Positions 1 to 9,310 of a stretch of DNA of 64,000 nucleotides are shown piece after piece. The DNA is from Candidatus Zhuqueibacterota bacterium (GTDB lineage: Bacteria > Zhuqueibacterota > Zhuqueibacteria > Thermofontimicrobiales > Sulfurfontimicrobiaceae), in NCBI GenBank assembly GCA_016927835.1, contig JAFGMA010000086.1, positions 1,061-65,060 of the forward strand. Reading direction: 5' to 3'. Both the position numbers and the translations under genes were made by a program. How positions within the stretch are numbered: the stretch's first letter is position 1; every line of letters starts with the position of its first letter. The notes below the pieces were generated by a model that did no database searches, had not been told where the DNA came from, and saw only the letters and a program-made list of their open reading frames with translations.

Positions 1-2159
1 TTCGGCTGAACGGGAAAAAGGTCGGGGATCACGTTTTGGATCCGGGATGGACCGATTATCAGCAACTCGCATTGTATTCGACTTATGATATCACCAGCGC
101 CATATTGGAAGAAAATGCAGCCGGCGTAATCCTCGGAAACGGACGGCATCTCGAAGAACACGGGTATGGTGTGCCGAAATTGATCCTTCAACTGCATATT
201 GAATTTGATGATGGCACGGAAAAAATCATCGTCTCCGATGACACCTGGGCAAGCGCTTATGGACCGCTGCGTGAGAATGGTATTTTCTATGGCGAGCGCT
301 ACGATGCCCGGCTCGAAATGTCCGGTTGGGATTTGCCCCGGTTCGATGACAGCCTGTGGAAGCCTCCGATCTTCGCGGACTGTGTCGCACTGGCGGCGCA
401 GATGAATGAACCGGTGCGCGTCGTCGAAACATTGAAAGTGAAAGCAATAACCCGTCCGACGCCCGGCACGTATATTTTCGATTTTGGGCAAAATTTTTCC
501 GGTTGGGCAAGACTCGCCGTGCGCGGAGCACGCGGCACACAAGTCAAGCTTCGTTTCGCTGAATTGATTCACCCGGACGGTACGCTGAATCCTGCGACCA
601 ACAAAAAAGCAAAAGCCACCGACGTGTATATTCTGAAAGGCGGCGAACCGGAAATTTACCAGCCCCGATTCACATATCATGGGTTTCGCTATGTCGAAGT
701 CACAGGGTTTCCGGGTGTGCCCACCGCTGAAAATATCGAAGGGAAGTTTATACATTCCGATGTGGAACCGGCTGGCGAGTTTCTTTGCTCCGACGATTTG
801 ATAAACCGCATTCACCGGAATGTATGCTGGGGGCAGCTCTCCAATCTTATGAGCATCCCCACGGATTGCCCGCAGCGGGAAGAGCGCCAGGGTTGGCTGG
901 GCGATGCCATGCTCACCACAGAGGAAGCTATTTTCAATTTCAGGATGGCGCCGTTTTACACAAAATTTTTGCGCGATATCCGCCTGTCACAGAAACCGGA
1001 TGGCAGCCTGCCGGATGTGGTTCCGCCGTATTGGCACCGGTTGTACCCGGCTGATCCGGCATGGGGGACAGGCTATATCACGATTGCCTGGTACGTTTAC
1101 TGGTATTACAATGATGCCGATATTCTCGCCGAACATTATGAGGCGATGAAAAAATATGTTGAATTTCTCCGTGCCAATGCCAATGACCATCTTCAGATAA
1201 CGCTGGGCAAATATGGCGATTGGTGCCCCCCCGGTGCGGTCGGTCCCAAAAAAATACCGGTTGAGTTCACCGCGACATGGTACTACTACCACGATGTTAT
1301 GACTCTGGCAAAAATTGCCGATTGCCTTGATCAAGCTGAAGACGCACAAAATTTCAGTCAATTGGCGGAAAGCATCAAGCAGGCGTTCAATCAGCATTTT
1401 CTCAAAGGGGGCGTTTATCGCGGTGCTGAGGTTGGTCCCCATGATAAATTGCCGAACCAGACCTCAAACGCGCTGCCCTTGTATCTGAATATGGTTCCCG
1501 ACGATCAGCGGCAATCGGTTCTGAGCCGGCTCCACGAGAGTGTCGTTCGCATCAATGATTATCATGTGGATACCGGCATCCATGGCACGCGCTATTTACT
1601 CGATGTCCTTTGCGAAAACGGGTTCGAAGAAACAGCGTACAAGGTTGTGACGCAGCAATCGTATCCGGGCTGGGGATACATCCTGTCCGAAGGCGCAACC
1701 ACACTCTGGGAATCGTGGCAAAAATTGACAGGTGGCGGCATCAATTCGCACAATCATATCATGCAGGGAAGCGTGGATGCCTGGTTCTATAAATATATCG
1801 CAGGATTGTCGTGTCCGGAGCCGGGTTGGAAGGTTCTGCAGGTGAAACCCTCCCTGGTTGACTTTTTTAATTTTGCAGCAGCGCGTTTAAAAACGGGTGC
1901 TGGTGATGTGTCTGTTTCGTGGGAAAAGCCAGATGCAGGTTTCGAATTGCACATCGATGTGCCCGTCGGATCGCGTGCGAAAATTTATTTACCGAGTCTG
2001 ACGGACAAGCCGGTGATCTACGAATCCGGTACGCTCATCTGGCAGGGAGGCAAACCGGCGACGAAATCAGCACCCGGCGTGACATTTCTCGAGGCTAAAA
2101 ATAAATTCATCGCATTTACGACAGGCAGCGGAAGCTATCATTTCTCAGTAACAAAATGA
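1..2159 (+). CDS. alpha-L-rhamnosidase (GH78-like), N-terminus outside window
   Basis: The frame is open from base 3 (RLNGKKVGDHVLDPGWTDYQ..), so the track start at 36 (TTG) is a window-edge artefact. It has the DCPQREERQGWLGDA motif and a six-hairpin C-terminal region (YPGWGYILSEGATTLWESW), as remembered for GH78 rhamnosidases. Stop is TGA at 2157-2159. Confidence 0.85.
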   Translation, partial: RLNGKKVGDHVLDPGWTDYQQLALYSTYDITSAILEENAAGVILGNGRHLEEHGYGVPKLILQLHIEFDDGTEKIIVSDDTWASAYGPLRENGIFYGERYDARLEMSGWDLPRFDDSLWKPPIFADCVALAAQMNEPVRVVETLKVKAITRPTPGTYIFDFGQNFSGWARLAVRGARGTQVKLRFAELIHPDGTLNPATNKKAKATDVYILKGGEPEIYQPRFTYHGFRYVEVTGFPGVPTAENIEGKFIHSDVEPAGEFLCSDDLINRIHRNVCWGQLSNLMSIPTDCPQREERQGWLGDAMLTTEEAIFNFRMAPFYTKFLRDIRLSQKPDGSLPDVVPPYWHRLYPADPAWGTGYITIAWYVYWYYNDADILAEHYEAMKKYVEFLRANANDHLQITLGKYGDWCPPGAVGPKKIPVEFTATWYYYHDVMTLAKIADCLDQAEDAQNFSQLAESIKQAFNQHFLKGGVYRGAEVGPHDKLPNQTSNALPLYLNMVPDDQRQSVLSRLHESVVRINDYHVDTGIHGTRYLLDVLCENGFEETAYKVVTQQSYPGWGYILSEGATTLWESWQKLTGGGINSHNHIMQGSVDAWFYKYIAGLSCPEPGWKVLQVKPSLVDFFNFAAARLKTGAGDVSVSWEKPDAGFELHIDVPVGSRAKIYLPSLTDKPVIYESGTLIWQGGKPATKSAPGVTFLEAKNKFIAFTTGSGSYHFSVTK

Positions 2160-2292
2160 TGAAGTTTGAATCACGTATAGAAATTAAAAAGCACCCATCG
2201 CCCCGCCAGGCACTCGGGAAGCATGAATTAACTTGAATGTTATCAGCAAATTTTATCAGATGCAATCCTGAATTTGATGAAAGGAAACATAA

Positions 2293-3066
2293 ATGAACCG
2301 ACTACGACTCATTTCCTGGAATGTGAATGGCTTGCGGGCGATCTATAAAAAAGGTGCATTCGATTGGTTTTTACAGCAGCAACCGGACATTTTTTGCCTG
2401 CAGGAAACGAAATCCCAGCCCGATCAGCTTCCGGCTGAATTGACGCAAGTCGATGGTTATCATACTTATTTTTCATCGGCGGAACGCAAAGGCTACAGCG
2501 GAGTTGCACTTTACACGAGGCAACAACCGAATCATGTGAGTCATGGCTTTGGGAACGAACGCTTCGACTCGGAAGGCAGAATTATCGTCGCTGAATTCGA
2601 GGCATTCACGTTGTTGAATATTTATTATCCCAATGGCAAGGCATCGAAAGAGCGACTTGAATATAAAATGGATTTCTATGATGCGTTTCTGGATTATGCT
2701 GAGAACCTGAAAGCGCAGGGAAAAAATTTGGTGATTTGCGGCGATGTCAACACCGCACATAAAGAAATTGATCTCGCCCGCCCGAAAGAGAACGAAAAAG
2801 TATCCGGATTTTTGCCCGAAGAACGAGCCTGGATCGATTCATTCGTCGCGCATGGGTATATCGATACATTCAGGCAATACAATCAGGAGCCTGGCAATTA
2901 TACCTGGTGGGATCTCAAGAGTCGCGCCCGGGAACGCAATGTCGGCTGGCGCATCGATTATTTTTTCGTCAACCATGAGTTTCAAAAAAATGTCACCGCA
3001 GCCTTCATACTGCCTGATGTCATGGGATCCGATCACTGTCCGATTGGTATAGACCTGTTGGCTTAG
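2293..3066 (+). CDS. xth: exodeoxyribonuclease III (AP endonuclease, EEP fold)
   Basis: 257 aa. [35 protein letters not shown] and [14 protein letters not shown] are ExoIII/Xth motifs. AAGGAAAC lies just upstream of the ATG. Confidence 0.9.
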   Translation: MNRLRLISWNVNGLRAIYKKGAFDWFLQQQPDIFCLQETKSQPDQLPAELTQVDGYHTYFSSAERKGYSGVALYTRQQPNHVSHGFGNERFDSEGRIIVAEFEAFTLLNIYYPNGKASKERLEYKMDFYDAFLDYAENLKAQGKNLVICGDVNTAHKEIDLARPKENEKVSGFLPEERAWIDSFVAHGYIDTFRQYNQEPGNYTWWDLKSRARERNVGWRIDYFFVNHEFQKNVTAAFILPDVMGSDHCPIGIDLLA

Positions 3067-3216
3067 ATCCATTTCGCGTATTTGAAAAAACATCGAATTA
3101 CCTGAACTTTTCCAATGGTCAGGCGTTTGTATGAAGTAGTTCCGTTTTACGAAAATTTTTTTAGAAAAAAGCAGTGTTTCCAATAAATAGGTTCTTCTAA
3201 AATTATAGGAGGTAGC

Positions 3217-4500
3217 ATGAAGGCACAACTCAGCATTTTAATTCTAATTGCATTTGGTTGTTTATTTTTTGCCTGCGGAGATGGCGAAAGCATTTTGAAT
3301 CCTACCACCATCGATAAAACCAAGCTAGTTCCGCCGCTTGGCTTAAGGGCAGAAGCGCTAAGCCAAAAAGTGACGCTTTTCTGGTATACGTCGAATTACG
3401 AGGAAAAATTTGAGGGTTACTATGTATATATGGCTTCAGGCGATTATTCGAGTCAATCCAGTGATACCACTTTGAGCTCAGCTTTCAGCAAAGTCGATTC
3501 GGTTGGGCTGACCGGTCCGTCGGATGAAGAAATCAGCCGGACAATCAGCGGATTGACAAATGGTCAAACCTACAGTTTCGCTGTGGCGGCATTCGCTGAC
3601 GATGGCAAGAAAATCAGCTATCCCTCCAATATTGTCGCTGTTGCTCCGGAGGAGAAAGTGGTGACAACCAAAGAAAAATTATCCCCGCCACTCGGCTTGC
3701 ATAGCGTCACCGGCAACGAACAGATTTCTCTGTTTTGGCATACATCGAACTATGAATCCATCTTTCAAGGGTACTATATTTTCATGGCGCAGGGCGATTA
3801 TACCGGGCAGTCCAGCGATTCGTCCTTGAACGCCGCATTCCAATTGGTTGATTCGGTGCAAGTTACGGGAAGTTCGGATGATCTGGTCAATAAAACCATT
3901 GCGAATCTGACAAATGGAACCACTTATAGTTTTGCTGTGGTCGCGTATGCCTATTTTGGTGAACAGATCAGTTATCCGAGCAATGTCATCAAAGATACCC
4001 CGAGACCGGAAATTCTTTCGATTACCATCACGTCGGCGTCGACATCGCAAGTTGGCGGCGATGACACGCAAGCAGGATTTGATTTCAACACGTTGGCGGT
4101 GAAGGATGTGCCGGCGGTGGGATATCAAAACGAAAATGGAGCGGATATCATCAATGAGGCATTCGATCCGAGCAAGGGATCGAATATTCGATCCTGGCTT
4201 GCTGGCATGAATGGCGGCGGATTGCAGGATTTGGGATATATGAGCGATTTGAGTGCGGCTGATATGGCACCCGAACAGGGCTACTCCGATGAAGGCAAAT
4301 CAATAGCAGTATTGGCTGGACACGTTTACGCAGTAAAGACCGGCGATGGCTATTACGGCAAATTGATCGTCACCGGTATCCAATCCGAAGGTGCGTATGC
4401 CATCACGTTCAATGCTGCATTTCAATCTCAGCAGGGTAACCGAAATTACAAAATCAATCCGAATTATTGGGAGGCACTCGGCATCCATAATGGCGATTAA
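3217..4500 (+). CDS. lipoprotein with two FN3-like tandem repeats and an HmuY-like C-terminal domain; function unknown
   Basis: AGGAGG precedes the ATG. The lipobox-type signal is LILIAFGCLFFAC. Two ~110-aa repeats are present (LVPPLGLRAEAL..NGQTYSFAVAAF and LSPPLGLHSVTG..NGTTYSFAVVAY). The C-terminal GHVYAVKTGDGYYGKLIV resembles HmuY-like beta domains (from memory). Confidence 0.7.
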   Translation: MKAQLSILILIAFGCLFFACGDGESILNPTTIDKTKLVPPLGLRAEALSQKVTLFWYTSNYEEKFEGYYVYMASGDYSSQSSDTTLSSAFSKVDSVGLTGPSDEEISRTISGLTNGQTYSFAVAAFADDGKKISYPSNIVAVAPEEKVVTTKEKLSPPLGLHSVTGNEQISLFWHTSNYESIFQGYYIFMAQGDYTGQSSDSSLNAAFQLVDSVQVTGSSDDLVNKTIANLTNGTTYSFAVVAYAYFGEQISYPSNVIKDTPRPEILSITITSASTSQVGGDDTQAGFDFNTLAVKDVPAVGYQNENGADIINEAFDPSKGSNIRSWLAGMNGGGLQDLGYMSDLSAADMAPEQGYSDEGKSIAVLAGHVYAVKTGDGYYGKLIVTGIQSEGAYAITFNAAFQSQQGNRNYKINPNYWEALGIHNGD

Positions 4501-4743
4501 CAGCCCGATACCGTCATTTCTCTGCTTATGGCTGAAATATAATTTCGGAAATATCCATAGAAGGCTGAGCCCACGAAATACACCGAATATACAAAAAGCT
4601 GTTTTCGATCATTGCACGCCGCTTTTGGGGCATTTCGTGGGCAATCAATTCATTTCGCGAATTCGAATAAAAAACTGAATCCATGATAACCGCGAATTCC
4701 TTCGGTTTGCCTGTACCTTGTTTTAAATTGGCAATGGCTGATG

Positions 4744-5673
4744 TCATTCGCGGTTATCACATAGTTCCCGGTAGGTATCGGGTCGGCGATTCCGAAACCG
4801 GTTCTGATAGCGCTCCGGTGACGTATTTACCTCATAATAAACAACTTCCCCTGAATTGCCAATCGCCTTAATCCCGCCGTTTCTGTCGATCAACATACTC
4901 TGGTATGGATTGCAAAAAACCAGGGGGCAGCGATTTTCATACGCGCGCGTGCGCATCAAGACCGTATTCCACCCGTCTTCTTCGGTATAGCTGCCATACG
5001 CCGGAACGAACAGCACCTGAGCACCCTTCACTGCTAAAATGCGAGCGGGTTCCGGGAGCTGGCGATCATAGCAGATGAGGATTCCCACTTTGCCGAACGG
5101 GGTATCGAAAACCGGGTATGTTTCACCGGGCTTATAGAATTGCGGATTGACTTCATATCCCTGGGCGAAATGCGTTTTCCGGTATCTGCCAATGATGTCG
5201 CCTTCGGTATCGAGTAAAATGACTGTGTTATGCAACGTCTTATGCGCCCGCTCGAGAAATCCGAAAACGAGAAAAATGCGAAGCTCTTTTGCCAACTGGC
5301 GCGCCTTTTCAATATACAGTCCATCAATGGATTCTGCCAGTTCCAGAAAGCGCGCCTCCGATTCCGCTTTTTTGAGCTGATTTTTCTCTTCGTTCACCTC
5401 ATTGATGACGTACCCATCTAACGCCCCCTCCGGCGTGACCACCACATTTGCGCCACCGTCATTTGCTGCCTTTCGAACGAGCGCCTCGATCCGAATCCAA
5501 TTGCGTTCCTTATCCCATTTCTCCGGAACCACAGCCGCACTGGCGATTCGTATCCGCGTGATAGTTTGCTCTCTGCCCTTGTATTTCTCCGGATTAAGGG
5601 TTTGCGAAAATGCCATTTTCACCTCCAGCGATTCTAAGAACAGGATGAAGAAAATGATGAACCATTTACTCAT
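4744..5673 (-). CDS. carbon-nitrogen hydrolase (nitrilase superfamily), secreted
   Basis: The Glu/Lys/Cys triad contexts are VVTPEGALDGY, RYRKTHF and GILICYDRQLPE. I prefer the ATG at 5673 (GGAGGTGAGC-ATG, followed by the signal-like MSKWFIIFFILF) over the track start at 5790. Confidence 0.8.
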   Translation of the reverse strand: MSKWFIIFFILFLESLEVKMAFSQTLNPEKYKGREQTITRIRIASAAVVPEKWDKERNWIRIEALVRKAANDGGANVVVTPEGALDGYVINEVNEEKNQLKKAESEARFLELAESIDGLYIEKARQLAKELRIFLVFGFLERAHKTLHNTVILLDTEGDIIGRYRKTHFAQGYEVNPQFYKPGETYPVFDTPFGKVGILICYDRQLPEPARILAVKGAQVLFVPAYGSYTEEDGWNTVLMRTRAYENRCPLVFCNPYQSMLIDRNGGIKAIGNSGEVVYYEVNTSPERYQNRFRNRRPDTYRELCDNRE

Positions 5674-5924
5674 GCTCACCTCCGTTGTTCTGATTTTTAG
5701 AAGGTTCACTCCCATTCGTGCATTCAGGGAAAGTTTTCTATTCCGTAAATTTGCGGCATTGATTTTAAGCGAAGCCTGATTTTTCTGCAATACCGCTTTT
5801 CTCTACTGCTTCACCAGGAAATTCAGATTCCACTTCGCTGCAATTTGCCTAACTCGTTTGCTTCGCTTCCAAGAAAGCATCAATAATAACATTTTTTCAG
5901 CAAAATGTCAATAGTAACGTAATG

Positions 5925-6001
5925 CCTCAGATATTGGTTCTTTTCATGGTTTGCAGTGCCACTGGGATTCCAAACGGGAGTTTGGGAACCAGAAACTGAG
6001 G
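5925..6001 (+). repeat. Family-1 structured intergenic repeat, copy A
   Basis: Sequence CCTCAGATATTGGTTCTTTTCATGGTTTGCAGTGCCACTGGGATTCCAAACGGGAGTTTGGGAACCAGAAACTGAGG. Outer arms are CCTCAG/CTGAGG. The inner imperfect hairpin has GGAG in its loop. It matches copies at 6022, 9112, 42666 and 60526(rc). Confidence 0.7.
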
Positions 6002-6021
6002 GATTACGAAATAAAGGGTTG

Positions 6022-6090
6022 TCTCAGTTATTGTTTTTTTATGGTTTACAGTACCTCTTGGATTCCTGAATTGGAGTTTGTGAACTTCAT
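6022..6090 (+). repeat. Family-1 repeat, copy B (tandem to A, 3' end degenerate)
   Basis: TCTCAGTTATTGTTTTTTTATGGTTTACAGTACCTCTTGGATTCCTGAATTGGAGTTTGTGAAC aligns with copy A. The closing CTGAGG arm is missing. Confidence 0.6.
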
Positions 6091-6112
6091 TACATTACGC
6101 TGTATTTTCCGC

Positions 6113-6142
6113 TTGACATTTAATTTAAAATCATTATTATAT
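6113..6142 (+). promoter_or_regulatory. putative sigma70-type promoter for the transporter operon
   Basis: TTGACA (6113-6118) is followed after 17-18 nt by ATTATA/TTATAT. It lies ~170 nt upstream of the ATG at 6311. Confidence 0.3.
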
Positions 6143-6310
6143 ATAACCGCTTCAATACCAATAAGGTGAGCTGTGGTTGTCGTTCTCAGATGTTTTTCGC
6201 TTGTTGGCATTTATGGGAATCTATGAGAAATTGAGTGTAATTACCTGCTCACAGTGAATGTCGGGCAGGTAATAAATATTGGATTTGACACGTTAACGAA
6301 AGGACATATT

Positions 6311-8545
6311 ATGCCTTCTCCAAAATCATCCCATGGCTATGGTTTTGGCACCGCCCCGGTTTTTTTAGCCGCAATTAGTACAATTCTGGGCGCAGTCTTG
6401 TTTTTGAGATTTGGTTATGCGGTTGCAAATGTGGGTTTGGTCGGCTCTATAGCAATTATTTTCATCGGTCACGCGATTACTATCCCAACCGCCCTGGCGA
6501 TAGCGGAAATTGCGACCAATTTGAAAGTTGAAGGTGGCGGCGAGTATTTCATCATCAGCCGTTCCTTCGGCACCATGGTTGGCGGCACAATCGGGATTTC
6601 GCTTTATCTATCACAAGCGATTTCTGTTGCTTTTTACATGATTGCATTCTCCGAAGCTTTTACGCCGCTATTTGGGTGGATTCACAGCCATACGGGGATA
6701 ATCCCCAAAACCTGGATGATCAGTATTCCGGCAACGATTCTTTTATTGTTCATAATCCTTAAAAAGGGCGCTGATCTAGGCGTAGCAATGCTCTGGATCG
6801 TTGTTTCTATCCTGACCGTATCGTTGCTGATGTTTTTCGCAGGACGCATCGCTGCTGTTCCTGAATCCGGTGATATATTTCGCACAGTCGAAAAACCCGA
6901 TAATTTTTTCCTGGTGTTCGCGATAATTTTTCCGGCATTCACCGGTATGACGGCTGGAGTCGGGCTGTCGGGTGATTTAAAGAATCCGCGCAAGTCGATT
7001 CCTTTGGGGACACTTTCGGCAACAATTGTAGGTATGGTGGTTTATATTCTGGTGGTTGCAAAATTATCGTTTAGCTTGACGCCGGTTGAACTAGCCGCCG
7101 ACCAATTTGCAATGGGTAAAATCGCACTCTGGAGTCCGATTATTCCGATCGGATTGGGAGCGGCGACGCTGTCATCGGCGATTGGCTCGATTCTGATTGC
7201 GCCGAGAACCATGCAAGCTTTGGCAAAAGACCAAATTTTCCCCGTAGCTCAGATCAACACATTTCTGAGTACCGGACGCGGTGAGACGAACGAGCCGGTG
7301 AATGCGACGCTCATTACAGCAATAATTGTTTTAGCATTTGTTTCGATGGGCAGTGTCGATATTGTCGCCCAGGTTATCAGTATGTTTTTTATGATCACCT
7401 ATGGTGCGCTTTGCCTGGTGAGTTTTTTGGAGCATTTTGCAGGCAGCCCTTCCTACCGCCCGGCATTCCGCTCAAAATGGTATTTGTCATTAATTGGTGC
7501 CATCGCCAGCTTCGTCATGATGTTCCAGATGGCGCCGCTGTATGCCTTCCTGTCGTCAATCGCCATTGTGCTCATTTACCTGTACATCAAACGCGGCAGA
7601 GAGCAGGAATATGGGCTGTCCGCTATGGTCAAAGGTGCGCTATTTCAATTAACGCGACAACTGCAAATTCTGATTCAGCGCAGCGCAGGCGAAATTACCG
7701 CAGCCAACTGGCGCCCGTCCTTTCTCGCGATTTCCTCCAGTTCCATCACTCGTCTGGCGCCATTTGACCTGCTGCGATGGTTCGCCCATTATTATGGATT
7801 TGGATCATTCATTCATTTTGTAAGAGGTCCCTTGAATGAAAAAACGCAGATAGAATCTCGGGAAAAGCTGGACCAATTAATCAAGATCGGTACTCAAAGC
7901 AGGGCAGGCATTTATGTGGATACAATTATTTCTCCGAGTTTTAAAACTGCGGTCGCTCAAATTGTACAAATCCCGGGCATTTCCGGGATGGAGAATAACA
8001 GCATTCTCTTTGAATTCCATGAAGATGATCACGAAGACATCGTTGATATCATTGAAGGCTGTCAGTTTGCCTCGGTTGTAGATTTCAATATTTGCGTTTT
8101 AAGATCGTCCGAATGGCATTTCGGGTATCATAAAAATATTCACATCTGGCTTACGCCCGGTGATTATCGCAATGCAAATTTGATGATTTTGATATCCTAT
8201 ATTATTATGGGACACCCGGATTGGAAAGATTGTGAAATAGCCCTGTTCGCTGCATTCGAAGAGAAAGAGTTGAATAAGGAAGTGAACCGGTTGAATAAAT
8301 TAATCGATAAAGGACGAATTCCGATTTCTCAAAAAAATATTCAAAGAGTTCCCTGGAACACAAAGGAGAAAACTTATGAAGCGATTGTGTGCGAGCATTC
8401 CGATAGCGCGGATTTGGTGATTATGGGCTTTTCTCTGGATAAATTGACCGAGGAAAAGGGCGATTTTTTCAAGCGATTTGCAAAAATCAAAGATGTCCTG
8501 TTCGTCCGGGCTGGACAAAAGATAATTATTAGTGATGATTTTTAG
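6311..8545 (+). CDS. APC-superfamily permease with long cytosolic C-terminal domain (cation-chloride cotransporter / SLC12-like)
   Basis: About 12 TM segments (FGTAPVFLAAISTILGAVLFLRFGY.., FPAFTGMTAGVGLSGDLKNPRKSIP) are followed by a ~270-aa soluble tail, as in bacterial CCC proteins. The ATG at 6311 (AAGGA upstream) is preferred to the GTG at 6254. Confidence 0.8.
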   Translation: MPSPKSSHGYGFGTAPVFLAAISTILGAVLFLRFGYAVANVGLVGSIAIIFIGHAITIPTALAIAEIATNLKVEGGGEYFIISRSFGTMVGGTIGISLYLSQAISVAFYMIAFSEAFTPLFGWIHSHTGIIPKTWMISIPATILLLFIILKKGADLGVAMLWIVVSILTVSLLMFFAGRIAAVPESGDIFRTVEKPDNFFLVFAIIFPAFTGMTAGVGLSGDLKNPRKSIPLGTLSATIVGMVVYILVVAKLSFSLTPVELAADQFAMGKIALWSPIIPIGLGAATLSSAIGSILIAPRTMQALAKDQIFPVAQINTFLSTGRGETNEPVNATLITAIIVLAFVSMGSVDIVAQVISMFFMITYGALCLVSFLEHFAGSPSYRPAFRSKWYLSLIGAIASFVMMFQMAPLYAFLSSIAIVLIYLYIKRGREQEYGLSAMVKGALFQLTRQLQILIQRSAGEITAANWRPSFLAISSSSITRLAPFDLLRWFAHYYGFGSFIHFVRGPLNEKTQIESREKLDQLIKIGTQSRAGIYVDTIISPSFKTAVAQIVQIPGISGMENNSILFEFHEDDHEDIVDIIEGCQFASVVDFNICVLRSSEWHFGYHKNIHIWLTPGDYRNANLMILISYIIMGHPDWKDCEIALFAAFEEKELNKEVNRLNKLIDKGRIPISQKNIQRVPWNTKEKTYEAIVCEHSDSADLVIMGFSLDKLTEEKGDFFKRFAKIKDVLFVRAGQKIIISDDF

Positions 8546-8571
8546 TACATGGAAAAGAGGAGATGATCTAA

Positions 8572-8925
8572 ATGGATTCTTTTGTCAAAATCGTGGCGAT
8601 GTATGTCGCATATTTTGCCCAAATTGCAGCCACAATGGTAGTAGTTTCAGGTTCAATACAGGCAATTTGGATTTATTTATGTAAAGCTATTTTCTCCAAA
8701 TCGGATTTTGATAAAGTAAATCTTAGCCGTATTAAATTAGGCTATTCTTTGTCACTGGGACTAGGCTTTTTAGTCGGTGCAGATATTATCAAAACAGCGG
8801 TTGCACCGACCTGGACAGAAATCGGTTAACTCAGTGCGGTCGTTGCAATCAGGATTATACTCAATTATTTTCTGATGCGCGATCTTGCGGCTTATGAAAA
8901 GGAACACCAAAAGGAGAGCTCGTGA
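8572..8925 (+). pseudogene. DUF1622-family membrane protein interrupted by a single in-frame TAA (8827-8829)
   Basis: The 85-aa track ORF ends ..GADIIKTAVAPTWTEIG-TAA. The same frame continues LSAVVAIRIILNYFLMRDLAAYEKEHQKESS to TGA at 8923-8925. The continuation contains the conserved last helix of DUF1622 (from memory). An AGAGGAG RBS lies 26 bp after the transporter stop. Confidence 0.6.
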
Positions 8926-9111
8926 AATTATGCCAATGTCTTATCAATGATGAGCATGCCTCCAGCCTTAAAGTATCGGAAATTGAAAACGCGCAGAACC
9001 GGTTCCGGTGGAGATTTTGCATATTTTAAAACGCCATTCAAAAATCCTGTTGATAGACTTTCGCAGAATAAGATGGCGAAAAGCGACTTAAATTATAGCC
9101 TTTTAATAATG

Positions 9112-9189
9112 GCTCAGATATTGGTTCTTTCATGGTTTACAATGCCCTCGGGTTCCCAAAGCCGGAGTTTTGGAACAGGTATCTGAGGC
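9112..9189 (+). repeat. Family-1 structured intergenic repeat, copy C (best preserved)
   Basis: Sequence GCTCAGATATTGGTTCTTTCATGGTTTACAATGCCCTCGGGTTCCCAAAGCCGGAGTTTTGGAACAGGTATCTGAGGC. It has a perfect 8-bp outer helix (CTCAGATA/TATCTGAG) and an inner hairpin GTTCCCAAA-gccGGAG-TTTTGGAAC. Confidence 0.7.
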
Positions 9190-9276
9190 GTGCTTATACG
9201 ACCTCCTTCGCGCGTTTTTGGGATTGACAATCAGGAATTTTGATTTTCTCATTCATAATAATTTTGAAATTTTTAC

Positions 9277-9305
9277 TTGACTCTTAAACATTATTTGATT
9301 ATATT
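9277..9305 (+). promoter_or_regulatory. near-consensus sigma70-type promoter (TTGACT-17-TATATT)
   Basis: TTGACT is at 9277-9282, followed by a 17-nt spacer and TATATT at 9300-9305. The -10 ends only 5 nt before the ATG at 9311. Confidence 0.45.
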
Positions 9306-9310
9306 GGCGC

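Noticed and set aside
5925-6090. The tandem Family-1 copies A and B could be a mini CRISPR array.
   Set aside because: There are only two units. They are 77 and ~69 bp long and separated by 20 bp. They are diverged from each other and also occur singly elsewhere in both orientations. No cas genes are present.
5951-6169. Small ORFs 5951-6169 and 8947-9186 lie in intergenic regions.
   Set aside because: Their sequences are translations of Family-1 repeat copies (..WIPELEF.. and ..MPSGSQSRSFGTGI). There is no RBS. The repeat is non-coding because the copies differ by indels.
8827-8829. Stop-codon reassignment or selenocysteine could explain the in-frame TAA (DUF1622) and TGA (RayT-like, 54242-54244).
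   Set aside because: TAA, TAG and TGA all terminate well-supported genes in this window at positions matching expected protein lengths (for example TGA for GH78, TAG for xth and TAA for the FN3 lipoprotein). The two interrupting codons are different stops. No SECIS-like hairpin follows the TGA, and the position is not a Cys site in RayT homologs. Point mutation or sequence error is the simpler explanation.
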